Positions 19,401-28,288 of a stretch of 64,000 bases of DNA are shown one piece after another. The translations under genes and the position numbers were made by a program. The notes beneath the pieces are model-generated. The model did no database searches and was not told the DNA's origin. It worked only from the letters and a program-made list of their open reading frames with translations. Each line of letters starts with the position of its first letter. The first letter of the stretch is position 1. Origin of the DNA: Acidobacteriota bacterium (GTDB lineage Bacteria; Acidobacteriota; UBA6911; RPQK01; JAJDTT01); contig CBDCJH010000002.1 of the NCBI GenBank assembly GCA_965217775.1, forward strand, positions 32,001-96,000, written 5' to 3'.

Positions 19401-22400
19401 TCTCATTGCCTCCCTCCACGGTGAAGTCACTCGTCGCCGGCCGCGAAGAGGTGTTGAGCGGTTCGTTGTAGGCCAGCGTCAGTGTCGCGCCGTTGACCAC
19501 CACCGGATCGGTGAGTGCCAGCAACGGGGCGACCGCGTCCACCTTGTGGCTCGAACTGGGCGCCAGCGCGTCATGGTCCAGCACGGCGTCATTGCCGGCG
19601 CCGTCGCGGATCGTCCCGCCGCTTCGCGACAGCCGGTTCTCCTCGAGGCTCACTCCGTCCTCGTCGGTGTCACCAGTGACCACCCGGTAGGCGAACTTCA
19701 TCGCCCGGTTCGAGACGCTCCTGTATTCCGCCGTTCGATTGCGGCCGCCCACGTCCAGGGTCAGTTCGGGCGTTCCGGTGATCACCACGGTCTCGTCGAA
19801 CGTCACCGTCACCTCGATGGTCTCGTCCACACCGTAGGTCCGGTCCGACCCCGCATTTGAGGTGATCCGAACCCTTGACACGGCCGGTCCCGTCGTGTCT
19901 CCCGTCCGGTTCGTGACGCTCTTGTTGCTCAACCGGTCCGCGTCGTTGCCTGCGGTGTCCTGAATCGGATTCGATCCCGGCTCATAGTTCACCCGAAGGC
20001 GGCTCTCTCCATCCGCGACGGCCGAGCTCAGCGTCAGGAACGCCGCGCTTCCGCTGACCCGGACGCCGGTAACCGTCCGCGTCTCACTCCCGCCTGTCAC
20101 GGTGAAGTCGTCCGTCGCCGGCACCGGAGAGGAATCCAACGGCTCGCCGTACGCCAGCGTCAGCGTCCCCCCGTTTACGACAGCTCCGTCGCTGCTCGCC
20201 AGCGTCGGCTTGACCCCATCCACCTGGTGCCGGGAATCGGCCGCCACCGGCGCGTGGTTCCGCACGGCGTCGTTCCGGGCACCGTCCCGGATCGTGCCGC
20301 CCGACAGGCGATTCGCATCGATGCTCACCCCGTAGGCGGCACTGTCGCCGGAGACCACCTGGTATTCGAATCTCACGGCCGCTCCCGCGACGTCCCGGTA
20401 GTTGGCCGTCCGGCTGCGGCCGCCCACGTTCAGCGTCAACTGCGGCGTCCGCATCACCACCACCGTCTCGTTGAAGGTCACCGTCACTTCGATGGTCTCG
20501 CCGGCTGCGTAGGTCCGGTCCGACCCCGCATTCGAGGTGATCCTCACCGTCTCCACTGTCGGACCCGTCGAATCCCCCGTGTTGTTGGTGACCGGTCGGT
20601 TGTTCAGCTCGTCCGCGGCGTTGCCCACCCCGTCACGGATTGGATTCGATCCCGGCTGGTAGCTCAACCGGAGGCCGCTCTCTCCGCTCTGTACGACCGG
20701 ACTCAAGGTCAGGAATACCGCGTTCCCGCTCACCGACACCCTCGTCACCGTTCGCGTCTCATTGCCCCCCGTCACGGTGAAGGCGCTCGTCGCCGGCCGA
20801 GAGGACGAGTTCAACGGCTCGCTGTAGGCCAGCGTCAGCGTCGCCCCGTTCACCACCGCCCCGTCGCTGCTCGCCAGGCTGGGTTTGACTCCGTCCACCT
20901 GGTGCCGCGAATCGGGCGCCACCGCCGCATGGTCCAGCATCGCGGTATTGCCCGCGCCATCGCGGATCGTCCCTCCACTTCCAGACAGTCGGTTCGACTC
21001 GATGCTCACCCCGTCTTCGTCGCTGTCCCCCGAAACCACCCGGTAGGCGAACTTCGCCGCCTTGCTCGTAACGCCTCGGAAGTTCGCAGTTCGACTTCGA
21101 CCGCCCAGGTTCAGGGTCACCTGCGGTGTCCCCGTCACCACTACCGTCTCGTTGAACGTCACCGTCACCTCGATGTCATCGTCCACGGCATATGTCGAAT
21201 CCGATCCGGCACTCGAGGTGATCCGAACCGTCGACACCGTCGGTCCCGTCGTGTCCCCCGTCCGGTTGTTGACGCTCTTGTTGCTCAACCGGTCCGCATC
21301 GTTGCCCGCCGTGTCCTGAATCGGATCCGATCCCAGTTGGTAGTTCACCCGCAGGCCGCTCTCTCCATCCGCGACGGCCGAGCTCAGCGTCAGGAACACC
21401 GCGCTTCCGCTGACCCGGACCCCGGTGACCGTCCGAGTCTCACTTCCCCCCGTCACCGTGAAGTCGTCCGTCGCCGGCACCGAAGAGGGATCCAACGGCT
21501 CGCCGTAGGCCAGCGTCAGCGTCGTCCCATTGGCCACCGCCCCGTCGCTGCTCGCCAATGTGGGCTTGATCCCGTCCACCTGGTGCCGCGCATCGGCCGC
21601 CACCGCCGCGTGGCCCAAGGTGGCGTCATTCCGGGCGCCGTCGCGGATCGTCCCCGCTCCGCGCGACAGGCTGTCCGCATCGATGCTCACCCCGTACGGG
21701 GCCGTGTCGCCCGAGACCACCTGGTATTCGAACCTCACGGCCGCCCCTGTGACGTCCTGGTAGTTGGCTGTCCGGCTGCGTCCTCCCACGTTCAATGTCA
21801 ACCGCGGCGTCCCCGTCACCACCACCGTCGCACTGAAAGTCACCGTCACTTCGATGGTCTCGCCGGCCGCGTAGGTGGTATCCGACCCTGCATTCGAGGT
21901 GATCCTCACCGTCTCCACGGTCGGCCCCGTCGTGTCTCCCGTGACGTTGGTGACCGGCCGGTTGCTCAACCGGTCCCCGTCGTTCCCCGCCGTGTCCTGG
22001 ATCGGGTTCGCTCCCGTCCCCGTCGGCACCGTGTAGCTCACCCGGAGGCCCGTCTCCCCGTTCTCCACCGCTGGAGTCAGGGTCAGCTCCACCGAGTTCC
22101 CGCTCACCCGGACTCCGGTGACCGTCCTCGTCTCGCTCCCCCCCGTCACGGCGAAAGCATCGTTCCCCGGCACCGAGGATGTGTCCAACGGCTCACTGTA
22201 GGCCAGCGTCAGCATCGTTCCGTTGGCGACCGCCCCGTCGGGGCTCGCCAGTACGGGTTTGATGCCATCCACCTTCTGTCCGGTGTCGGCCGCCACCGCC
22301 GAATGGGCCCGGACGGCATGGTTCCGTGCGGTGTCCCGGATCGTCCCGCCGGACAGGCTGTTCGCCTCGATGCTCACTCCGTCCGTGTCGCTGTCGCTGG

Positions 22401-24987
22401 TGGCTGCGGCGTAGGCGAACAGCACCACCGCACCCGTGACACTCTCGTAGCTCGCCGATCGGTTCCGTTCTCCTACCTTCAGCGTCACCCGTGGGGACCC
22501 GGACACCGTGACGGTCTCGCTGAAGGTCACCGTGACCTCGATCTCATCGCCGATGCCGTAGACGTCCCGGCCGTCCGGGGGATCCGACGTGATCTCCACC
22601 GAGATGACCGTCGGTGGGATCCGGTCCGGAGTCTGGTTCGTCACCGGCTCGCTGCTCAGTCCGTCCGCATCATTGCCCACCCGGTCCTGAATCGGCGTCG
22701 CCCCCATCCCGGTCGGAACCGTGTAGTTCACCCGGATCCCTGTCTCCCAATGCGCCACTGTGGAAGAGAGAGTGAGTTGCACCGTATTCTCGCTCACCGT
22801 GACTCCGGAAACGGTCCGTGACGAAGCGCCCCCCGACACGGAGAAGGCGCTGGACGGCGGCCTCGAAGACGAGTCCAGCGGCTCGGTATAGGTCAGCGTC
22901 AGCGTCGCCCCATTCACCACGGCCCCGCTCATCGCCGCCAACTCCGGCCTGGTGCCCTCGACCTTGTGCCGCGAATTGTTCCCTAACGCACCATGATCCC
23001 GGTTGGCATCGTTGTCGGACCCGTCCCGGATCATGCCCCCGTTCAGCGACAGGCTATCCGCTGAGATGCTCACCCCGTTATCATCGTTGTCGCCGTTGGC
23101 AATTGTGTAGACGAACCGCACAACTTCGCCTGCACTGTCTCGATAGGTTGCCTGACGGGTGACGTTTCCCACGGTCAGACCGATTTGCGGCGATCCTGAC
23201 ACCGTGACGGTCTTGTTGAACCCCACGGTGACCTCGATCTCGTCACCAATTGTGTAAAACCCGTCAGGCCTCGATTCAGAGGTTATTTCCACCGTGAGGA
23301 TGCTTGGAGCGCCCGACACTACGTCGTTATCGGTCAAATTCACAATGGTCATGGTCGGGTTGCTAGTTGTCACTCCCCTCGGCAGCGGCTCACCGAAGGC
23401 CAAGGTGACAGACTCGCCGTCATCATCGGCAGTGTCGTTCTCCGCCGTCACGGTGAGGGTGCCCTCGGTATCATAAAAAATCGTTACCGAGTCCGGCACG
23501 GTGTAGTCAGAGGGCGTGGCACCGGTCGTGGGCATCGACATGATCGGTATAACGATTGGACGGGTAGGCACGTCACTCAGTTTCACCGTTACGGTTGCTA
23601 CAGTGCCATCTTCGGTGGCCGTGTACTGTGCGGCACCGAAGGACACTGTAATAGCGGGAGCCTGGAAGAAATTCGCCACATAGCGGCGTGTGCGGTTCAG
23701 GGCGCGGGACGCGTCGGACGGGCCTGTGATTTCATCAGTGAGGCTAAAGCCGGCAATACCCATGGGATCGCCCTCATAGGTGCGATCGGGACTTGAAAAG
23801 TACGGCACCTCTGTGCAGGAAATGCCCGATGCAACACACTGATCATCGTAGGACATGATCGTGTACCAACGGGCGGATGCCTGCGCGTTCTGCTCGAGCG
23901 CTCGCTGGTTTACATAGCCGTATGCATAGGGGAAAGGATGGGGTTGACACCCCGTGTTGAACCTGCACGCGGCATACCGATCGTGACCCAAACCCATGTT
24001 ATGGCCAACTTCGTGGGCGAAAATTAAGTCAGGGCTCAATATGTCAACGTAGGCATAGGCATAGTACCCAAAGTTCCCTGTCAGCAATTGATCCATCGTT
24101 GATATTCCCTGGGCGCTGTTATAGGCAAATGTGGTGCTGCGGTCCCTGCGGATCAGCATGACGATATCTGCGGCAACCCGTAAGCGGATGTCCTGGACCT
24201 CGTCCATATGGCCGTCGTCTTTCGTGCGGAATCGAGTGAAATCAATCTGCCTCGTCTCTTCCGTGTAGGCCACTTCCTCCACCGCAACAAGCGAAACGCG
24301 CTGATTCACGCCGCTGTTCGTGTACGCCATGTTGGCAGTCGCGACCATGAGATCGATCGCGTCCCTGATCGCAGTGGTCCCCCCTTCAGTGTCCCTTGCG
24401 CGAGGTGTGTAGAAAACTGCCATGTCGATCACCGACTGAGCAGAAGGTGGACAGATCAACCCGCTGAACGAAATCGTTCGCAGCCACGTTTGAAAGGCGT
24501 CGTCTCCCGGAGCGCAGAGCTCGGTGTCACGTATCTGCACGGTCTCCAGGCTGGATAGCTCACGCAGACCGTCAGGAAGTGTTCCGGTCAATGCCCGGCT
24601 CTCGTTGAGGAGCAGGGTGGTGAGGTTAGTCAGGTTGGCCAGTTCCGACGGCAGAGCACCGCTCAGAGCATTGTCCTGTAAATCCAACTGTTCCAGCTCG
24701 CTCAGGTCGCCGAGCGACGCCGCCATCGTGCCGTCCAGGCCATTGTCGTTCAGTACTAGGGCCGTGACGCGTCCGTCACCGTTGGTCGTCACGCCGTACC
24801 ATGAGGACAGCGGCTCCTCGCTCGCCCAGTTGGTATTGGTCGTCCAGTTCGCGCCGTCCGTGGCGTTGTAGAGCACCACCAGCGCAGCCTTGTCCGTGGT
24901 GACGGAGGTTTGGGCATGGACGTGGTCTGCCACACCCAGTGGCAGGACAAAAAGGAGAACCCGCTGGAGATACGTGAAGTTTGGCAA
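16405..24987 (-). CDS. Giant (2860 aa) secreted LRR + M12/reprolysin metalloprotease with Calx-beta, 7 Ig/SwmB-type repeat pairs, poly-Pro, FN3 and two C-terminal FAHF domains
   Basis: Signal peptide ...VHA-Q, LRRs (LEQLDLQDNALSGALPSEL), HEVGHNMGLGH (23983-24015), Met-turn TIMSY. C-terminal ~1900 aa collinear with 3101..16183. Confidence 0.9.
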   Translation of the reverse strand: MPNFTYLQRVLLFVLPLGVADHVHAQTSVTTDKAALVVLYNATDGANWTTNTNWASEEPLSSWYGVTTNGDGRVTALVLNDNGLDGTMAASLGDLSELEQLDLQDNALSGALPSELANLTNLTTLLLNESRALTGTLPDGLRELSSLETVQIRDTELCAPGDDAFQTWLRTISFSGLICPPSAQSVIDMAVFYTPRARDTEGGTTAIRDAIDLMVATANMAYTNSGVNQRVSLVAVEEVAYTEETRQIDFTRFRTKDDGHMDEVQDIRLRVAADIVMLIRRDRSTTFAYNSAQGISTMDQLLTGNFGYYAYAYVDILSPDLIFAHEVGHNMGLGHDRYAACRFNTGCQPHPFPYAYGYVNQRALEQNAQASARWYTIMSYDDQCVASGISCTEVPYFSSPDRTYEGDPMGIAGFSLTDEITGPSDASRALNRTRRYVANFFQAPAITVSFGAAQYTATEDGTVATVTVKLSDVPTRPIVIPIMSMPTTGATPSDYTVPDSVTIFYDTEGTLTVTAENDTADDDGESVTLAFGEPLPRGVTTSNPTMTIVNLTDNDVVSGAPSILTVEITSESRPDGFYTIGDEIEVTVGFNKTVTVSGSPQIGLTVGNVTRQATYRDSAGEVVRFVYTIANGDNDDNGVSISADSLSLNGGMIRDGSDNDANRDHGALGNNSRHKVEGTRPELAAMSGAVVNGATLTLTYTEPLDSSSRPPSSAFSVSGGASSRTVSGVTVSENTVQLTLSSTVAHWETGIRVNYTVPTGMGATPIQDRVGNDADGLSSEPVTNQTPDRIPPTVISVEITSDPPDGRDVYGIGDEIEVTVTFSETVTVSGSPRVTLKVGERNRSASYESVTGAVVLFAYAAATSDSDTDGVSIEANSLSGGTIRDTARNHAVRAHSAVAADTGQKVDGIKPVLASPDGAVANGTMLTLAYSEPLDTSSVPGNDAFAVTGGSETRTVTGVRVSGNSVELTLTPAVENGETGLRVSYTVPTGTGANPIQDTAGNDGDRLSNRPVTNVTGDTTGPTVETVRITSNAGSDTTYAAGETIEVTVTFSATVVVTGTPRLTLNVGGRSRTANYQDVTGAAVRFEYQVVSGDTAPYGVSIDADSLSRGAGTIRDGARNDATLGHAAVAADARHQVDGIKPTLASSDGAVANGTTLTLAYGEPLDPSSVPATDDFTVTGGSETRTVTGVRVSGSAVFLTLSSAVADGESGLRVNYQLGSDPIQDTAGNDADRLSNKSVNNRTGDTTGPTVSTVRITSSAGSDSTYAVDDDIEVTVTFNETVVVTGTPQVTLNLGGRSRTANFRGVTSKAAKFAYRVVSGDSDEDGVSIESNRLSGSGGTIRDGAGNTAMLDHAAVAPDSRHQVDGVKPSLASSDGAVVNGATLTLAYSEPLNSSSRPATSAFTVTGGNETRTVTRVSVSGNAVFLTLSPVVQSGESGLRLSYQPGSNPIRDGVGNAADELNNRPVTNNTGDSTGPTVETVRITSNAGSDRTYAAGETIEVTVTFNETVVVMRTPQLTLNVGGRSRTANYRDVAGAAVRFEYQVVSGDSAAYGVSIDANRLSGGTIRDGARNDAVRNHAPVAADSRHQVDGVKPTLASSDGAVVNGGTLTLAYGEPLDSSPVPATDDFTVTGGSETRTVTGVRVSGSAAFLTLSSAVADGESRLRVNYEPGSNPIQDTAGNDADRLSNKSVTNRTGDTTGPAVSRVRITSNAGSDRTYGVDETIEVTVTFDETVVITGTPELTLDVGGRNRTAEYRSVSNRAMKFAYRVVTGDTDEDGVSLEENRLSRSGGTIRDGAGNDAVLDHDALAPSSSHKVDAVAPLLALTDPVVVNGATLTLAYNEPLNTSSRPATSDFTVEGGNETRTVTRVQVSGSTVRLTVNPAAEHGETGIRMSYEPRSNPIQDAIGNDAEAFRDQFVDNRTPDTTAPSIEGIEISSDPGTDETYAVDDMISVTVRYDETVTVDTIRGTPTLDLLVGTRRKRASASVGPDRPAVMFVYTVEKGDEDEDGVSVPRGSIALNGGKILDLSGNPAARSYEAVETKPDHKVDASVPGLEGVTVHGSRVALTYDEALDESSTPSSSDFEVTMAGDDRTVVQVRVSGNSVILRLTAPVTAGETVRVSYTPGLDPIQDEAGNAVDGLTDQRADPPLVTIQAKEGSETVTEGETVEFTLTRGPPTEASLTVSLEVTETRSMIETSGGYDPPKEVRFQGGQDTATLEVLTDDDDVAESTSRVTARLQPGAEYRLGPTSTRSARVTVQDNEVSAPPPPPPPPPPPPPPPPPPPPPPPPPPPPPAATVPTAPLNLQAEAGDGEVTLTWDVPASDGRSALTGYQVRIDRAGDWTSIGSTDLTYTVTRLTNGRTYVFEVRAVNSVGPSPPSDAVEATPMVEEVILEFAHFGNGVSGNDVLITSDLVLVNVSEEEIRPVIYFFDGNGDLFEAESVVDAGEDLEIREDGGLSPRTEVASLGELTISTHGRGEVVTGSVRVVSDGPMGGLVRFDIPGIGVAGVGASEPTADALFPARRQEGGIRTAAAIHNLGPEAVKVQCRLMRNGSVLEEGEIPLSANGQAAQFIEELFTATDTTDFVGSVRCTVPAGESFTGVAVELDAGNRIFTTLPVVPIGPEAAEDQETTLTFAHFANGTSGDGTLITSDLVLVNVAASTARPAIYFYDQRGELLEPESMVDVGDDLLVREDGGLTVRTAMARLGELTISTHGRGEVVTGSVRVLANGPIGGVLRFDIPGIGVAGVGASQPTTDALFPARRQAAGIRTAAAIRNLAAQRATVRCRLMSGGEPLEEADIRLDAHGQHARFIEEVFTRTDTRNFVGSVRCTALGEGLFTGVAVELDRGNRIFTTLPVVPIQR
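18109..18195 (-). repeat. Poly-proline tract (29 Pro)
   Basis: CCN codon run at the position equivalent to 4805-4906. Confidence 0.95.
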
Positions 24988-25016
24988 ATGCGATCAGCCC
25001 TCCGGCTGCCGCGTCC

Positions 25017-25601
25017 TCAGGGCTCGGCGCCGGTCTCGGATTGGGGCCCCTCCACCTCACATTTGAACGGCGTCTCCTCGACCTCGCTGATAGCGCACTG
25101 CCCCCGGCCGACGGACCGGATGCGGTAGGTTCCGCCGAGCGTCCGCACCGTGCCGGCGACCGTCTCGCCGTTGACGACAATCGTCAGCGTGCCCAGCGGT
25201 TCGCCAGCGAGGCGGCCCGAGATCGAGTAGCCGCCGGAAAAGGTCGGCGCTGTCCACTCCGCGATCCCTGTGAACACGACGTCCTCGAACAGGTTCACGA
25301 TCAGGGTTGCATCCGCTGCAGGCGCCGCGTCACGATTGCCGCTGGAAGGGGAGACCGCTTTGGTGCTAACGAAGGGGCGGGGGAGCACATCTGCGGCCGC
25401 CCTAGCTCGGTGGAGCTGTTCCAGGTCAATCGTCACCAACCGGTGACGTACTATTGTGGCATCGTGGGAGGTAAGCACGGGGGAATCCAAGTGCTCTGCT
25501 GGTCGATTGACCGTGGAAAAGAGACCGTCGCGCTGGACCCCAATCGCAGGAGGCACCAGCCCCATCACGCCGATGACCGAAACTGCTATTGTCCATGCCA
25601 T
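25017..25601 (-). CDS. Secreted stand-alone M12 pro-domain-like protein (paralog of 1997..2596)
   Basis: Start placed at ATG 25601 (AAGGAGA RBS; MAWTIAVSVIGVMGLV signal peptide). Ends ...SEVEETPFKCEVEGPQSETGAEP. Confidence 0.75.
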   Translation of the reverse strand: MAWTIAVSVIGVMGLVPPAIGVQRDGLFSTVNRPAEHLDSPVLTSHDATIVRHRLVTIDLEQLHRARAAADVLPRPFVSTKAVSPSSGNRDAAPAADATLIVNLFEDVVFTGIAEWTAPTFSGGYSISGRLAGEPLGTLTIVVNGETVAGTVRTLGGTYRIRSVGRGQCAISEVEETPFKCEVEGPQSETGAEP

Positions 25602-25849
25602 GGTACGTTTCTCCTTTGCCGGCCGCGCTGGGCGACCTGAGCGAGCTGGAAGCGCCCGGAGGACTCCACGCTGAAAATCCTGAACCTGCCCCTCTTGCGA
25701 ATTTTGATTGGCATTGTTCATATAATCCCCATTTAACCTCAGGCGAGAGAGGCTGCCGCCCCTCTGAGAGAAGGGGAAGGAAAGCCGATCGGAGTGAATC
25801 CTCCCCCCTGGCACTGTAGGAACACCGGGAACCCCTCCCGGCGCGAACT

Positions 25850-25965
25850 ACAGGACGCCCCCCAAAGGCGGAGAGACGAGGGCCTCACCAACCGGGCGGT
25901 GGCCGAACGGGCCGGGGCCTCGCCCCAAGCGGTCGGCAAGTGGCGTCGGCGCTTCCTCGAAACCC
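25850..25965 (+). pseudogene. IS630-like transposase N-terminal HTH remnant
   Basis: EGLTNRAVAERAGASPQAVGKWRRRFLE resembles IS630 N-termini; no catalytic domain follows. Confidence 0.55.
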
Positions 25966-26243
25966 TAAACAAAACATCTATAGTGGCATAACTAGAGTGA
26001 AATATGTGTGTAATTAAAGGCTGATCTGATGATATTTTGGTGAAATCTGGCGACAATGCGCTATCAGTGACTCCTACGGCCCTCGGTACGTCTCGAATTT
26101 GGCCTTCGAGATGGTCTGACGCCTAGTCCTGCCCTATCCCCACAGTCGGTGTGGCGTACGTATCCCGGGAGGCGCGGTCTGACCGCGTGCTTGGGAACCA
26201 GCCGGATTGGTCTGGCCCTGGGAAATCACTACTGTGATGCGGG

Positions 26244-26690
26244 TTATTGGAGGGTTGCCCCAGCGGAGATCGACAACCTCTGGGAGCGCCATGCGTCCGC
26301 TCGGTCAATCCGGAATCCGCATTCGGAACCCTCGAGCGCCGGCCGGCGCTTAAGGTCGCGTTGATAGAAGAGTGCCGATTGGGGTCCGCCCCAACGCTCC
26401 AGCGCAGTCCAGTCACCGCGAAAGAACGCCAGACGAATCTCTTCTATCTCCTGCTCCTCGTCGGGCGTGAGGGACTGGCAACCCTTCGGCCACTGTCTTT
26501 GAGTCCAGCGTTTCAGAACCTCGTCGGCCCGCCCCTACTGGGTTAGGTCACGCGCGACGGCGACGACCCGGATCCGGCGTCCCTTCCGGCGCAGGACCCG
26601 CCAGAGTGGCGCGTGGCTCGATCCCCAGGTCGTCAGGTTCCGGCCGGTGTGGTAACCGGGGTCCACGCGACGGGTGCAAAGAACCGGCAC
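26244..26690 (-). pseudogene. Remnant of an uncharacterised protein with in-frame TAG at 26535-26537
   Basis: VDPGYHTGRNLTTWGSSHAPLWRVLRRKGRRIRVVAVARDLTQ*GRADEVLKRW...RIDRADAWRSQRL reads as one protein-like frame across the stop. 5' part lost next to the IS remnant. Confidence 0.4.
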
Positions 26691-26730
26691 TGCTTCCGTT
26701 CGAGATTGAGACAACTCGATTGCGGCCGAG

Positions 26731-27420
26731 GAGGCTGTCCGAGAACTTGGTATTGAGCGACGCTCGTCCATGACAACGCTCATGGGCGATGGTCGTTGGC
26801 TTGGAAGACCATCGAATCCCGGCCTTCAAAGCCGGTGAACTCGGATTTTTGCGCCATTTTCGACTCGAAAAGGGCCGATAGAGGCCGGTTTGTGACTTCA
26901 TCCCCCTTTATTCGCCCCCTTTTCATGCCCAGGCCGCTTGCTTCCCGAACTCCGGACACACCTCTCCCCGCAGTGCCGCAAAAATGATTTTCTTGAGGTT
27001 GTGCGCCACGCAGACCAGCGAGAACTCCCCCGCCACTTTCGCCTTGCCCCGCAGCCCGAATCCCCGAAATCCCGAGTTCTTGATCTGCCCGAATACGGGC
27101 TCGACGATCGTCTTGCGATGCGCGTAGATCGCCTGGCTCTCCGGTTGCGACATCCGCTCATTCATCGCCCGTCGCAACGGCTCCTTCCCGTCCCTCGTGA
27201 TCGTGCGCGCCGCCCCTGACTTCGACCGGCAGCAACGACGATAGTAGGCACAGGATCGGCACTCATCGATGTCCCCCTGATACACCCGCTGTCCCGTGCC
27301 GCGGGCGGTCTTCAACGTCAGCGATAGGGCTTGAATCGGGGGGTCATCCGACATTCTCCTGATGACCTGTTCCCCTTATTTTAGGGAGCGTCGGTGACAG
27401 CCCCATTCTCGGACAGCCTC
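26731..27420 (-). mobile_element. Internally deleted IS1182-family element (690 bp) with intact 15-bp terminal inverted repeats
   Basis: GAGGCTGTCCGAGAA (26731-26745) / TTCTCGGACAGCCTC (27406-27420). Only the transposase C-terminus remains (CxxC...YAHRKTIVEPVFGQIK...AHNLKK, 26923-27354). Confidence 0.8.
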
Positions 27421-27659
27421 GTAGGACGGATCGAAGGCTATCTCGACTTGCCGCGGCAGTTCTTCTTAGGGAACGGACGCGGCACGGCGGCTTGATCCTG
27501 GCCTCGTGCGACAAGACCCGCGATATCGTCTGTATTGGTCGATCTCCCTTGCACCAAGGGTCAGAGGTATAAATCCCTGGACTTCGCCGCCAACTGCCCC
27601 CGGCTCCGCCGCTCGGGAAGCGCCCGGGTGAATATCGCAGAGAGCGGCTCAGAATCGAC

Positions 27660-27825
27660 TTAACAGCCCGTGGCAAAAGTCGCCACGGCATCCGACCGTC
27701 CCTGCATCCCGGCGGACTGCGTTGCTATCGGCTCACATACTCCCGGTATGCTCCCTCATCGCGCCTTGTCCGGCGGGCGCAGGAACGGTCTCGGTGCTCG
27801 CGGGACTTTCACCACGGACTGTTAA
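27660..27825. mobile_element. ~160-bp hairpin MITE flanked by TTAA
   Basis: TAACAGCCCGTGGCAAAAGTC vs reverse complement of the right end TAACAGTCCGTGGTGAAAGTC. Inner arms also pair. No ORF. Confidence 0.7.
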
Positions 27826-27894
27826 GAGATCCGAATGAACAACGTCAGCGGCTTCCGGGGCGCTCGACAGAACTCACCGTCACCGGAAAGGGGC

Positions 27895-28050
27895 TCAGGG
27901 AGCGCCACTCAGGTCCAGCGCCAGACTCTGGATGGAGCCCCCGTAGACCAGGTGTTCCACCCCGCTCCCGTTCAGATTCGCCCGCATGATCACATGCCGG
28001 TTCTTCGTCCAGTACATCTTGCCGGCACTCAGGTCCCGGAGCGGGATCAC
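27895..28050 (-). pseudogene. Single LDL-receptor class B (YWTD-like) repeat remnant
   Basis: Translates DLSAGKMYWTKNRHVIMRANLNGSGVEHLVYGGSIQSLALDLSG. Confidence 0.55.
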
Positions 28051-28154
28051 CGGCACTGCCGAGAGCGACGTTTTCCGTTTCCCGAACCGCAGCCCCAGCG
28101 GGGCGAACCGAAATTGCCGCCTGCCGCTCGCAATAGACGGCAGGAGGAGCGAGC

Positions 28155-28245
28155 ATGAAACGGAAGCGCTTTACAGAAGAACAAATCATCAGGGTACCGA
28201 ATCAGGACGAAGCCGGGGCCAAGACGGCCGTGTTGACACCTGAAG
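28155..28245 (+). pseudogene. IS3-family OrfA 5' remnant
   Basis: AGGAGG RBS then MKRKRFTEEQIIRV...EAGAKTA, truncated. Confidence 0.65.
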
Positions 28246-28288
28246 GTGAGCGTGATGATGTCACCCGTGCATCGGTGGGCTGTGCCTT

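Noticed and set aside
5280-23300. Repeats as a CRISPR array or DGR template/variable repeats
   Set aside because: The repeats are long in-frame protein domains. There is no spacer structure, cas gene or reverse transcriptase, and differences are not evidently adenine-specific.
3132-25640. Many long plus-strand ORFs (e.g. 20227..22821, 3779..5371, poly-Gly ORFs)
   Set aside because: Antisense shadows of the GC-rich giant minus-strand genes; no independent motifs or RBS.
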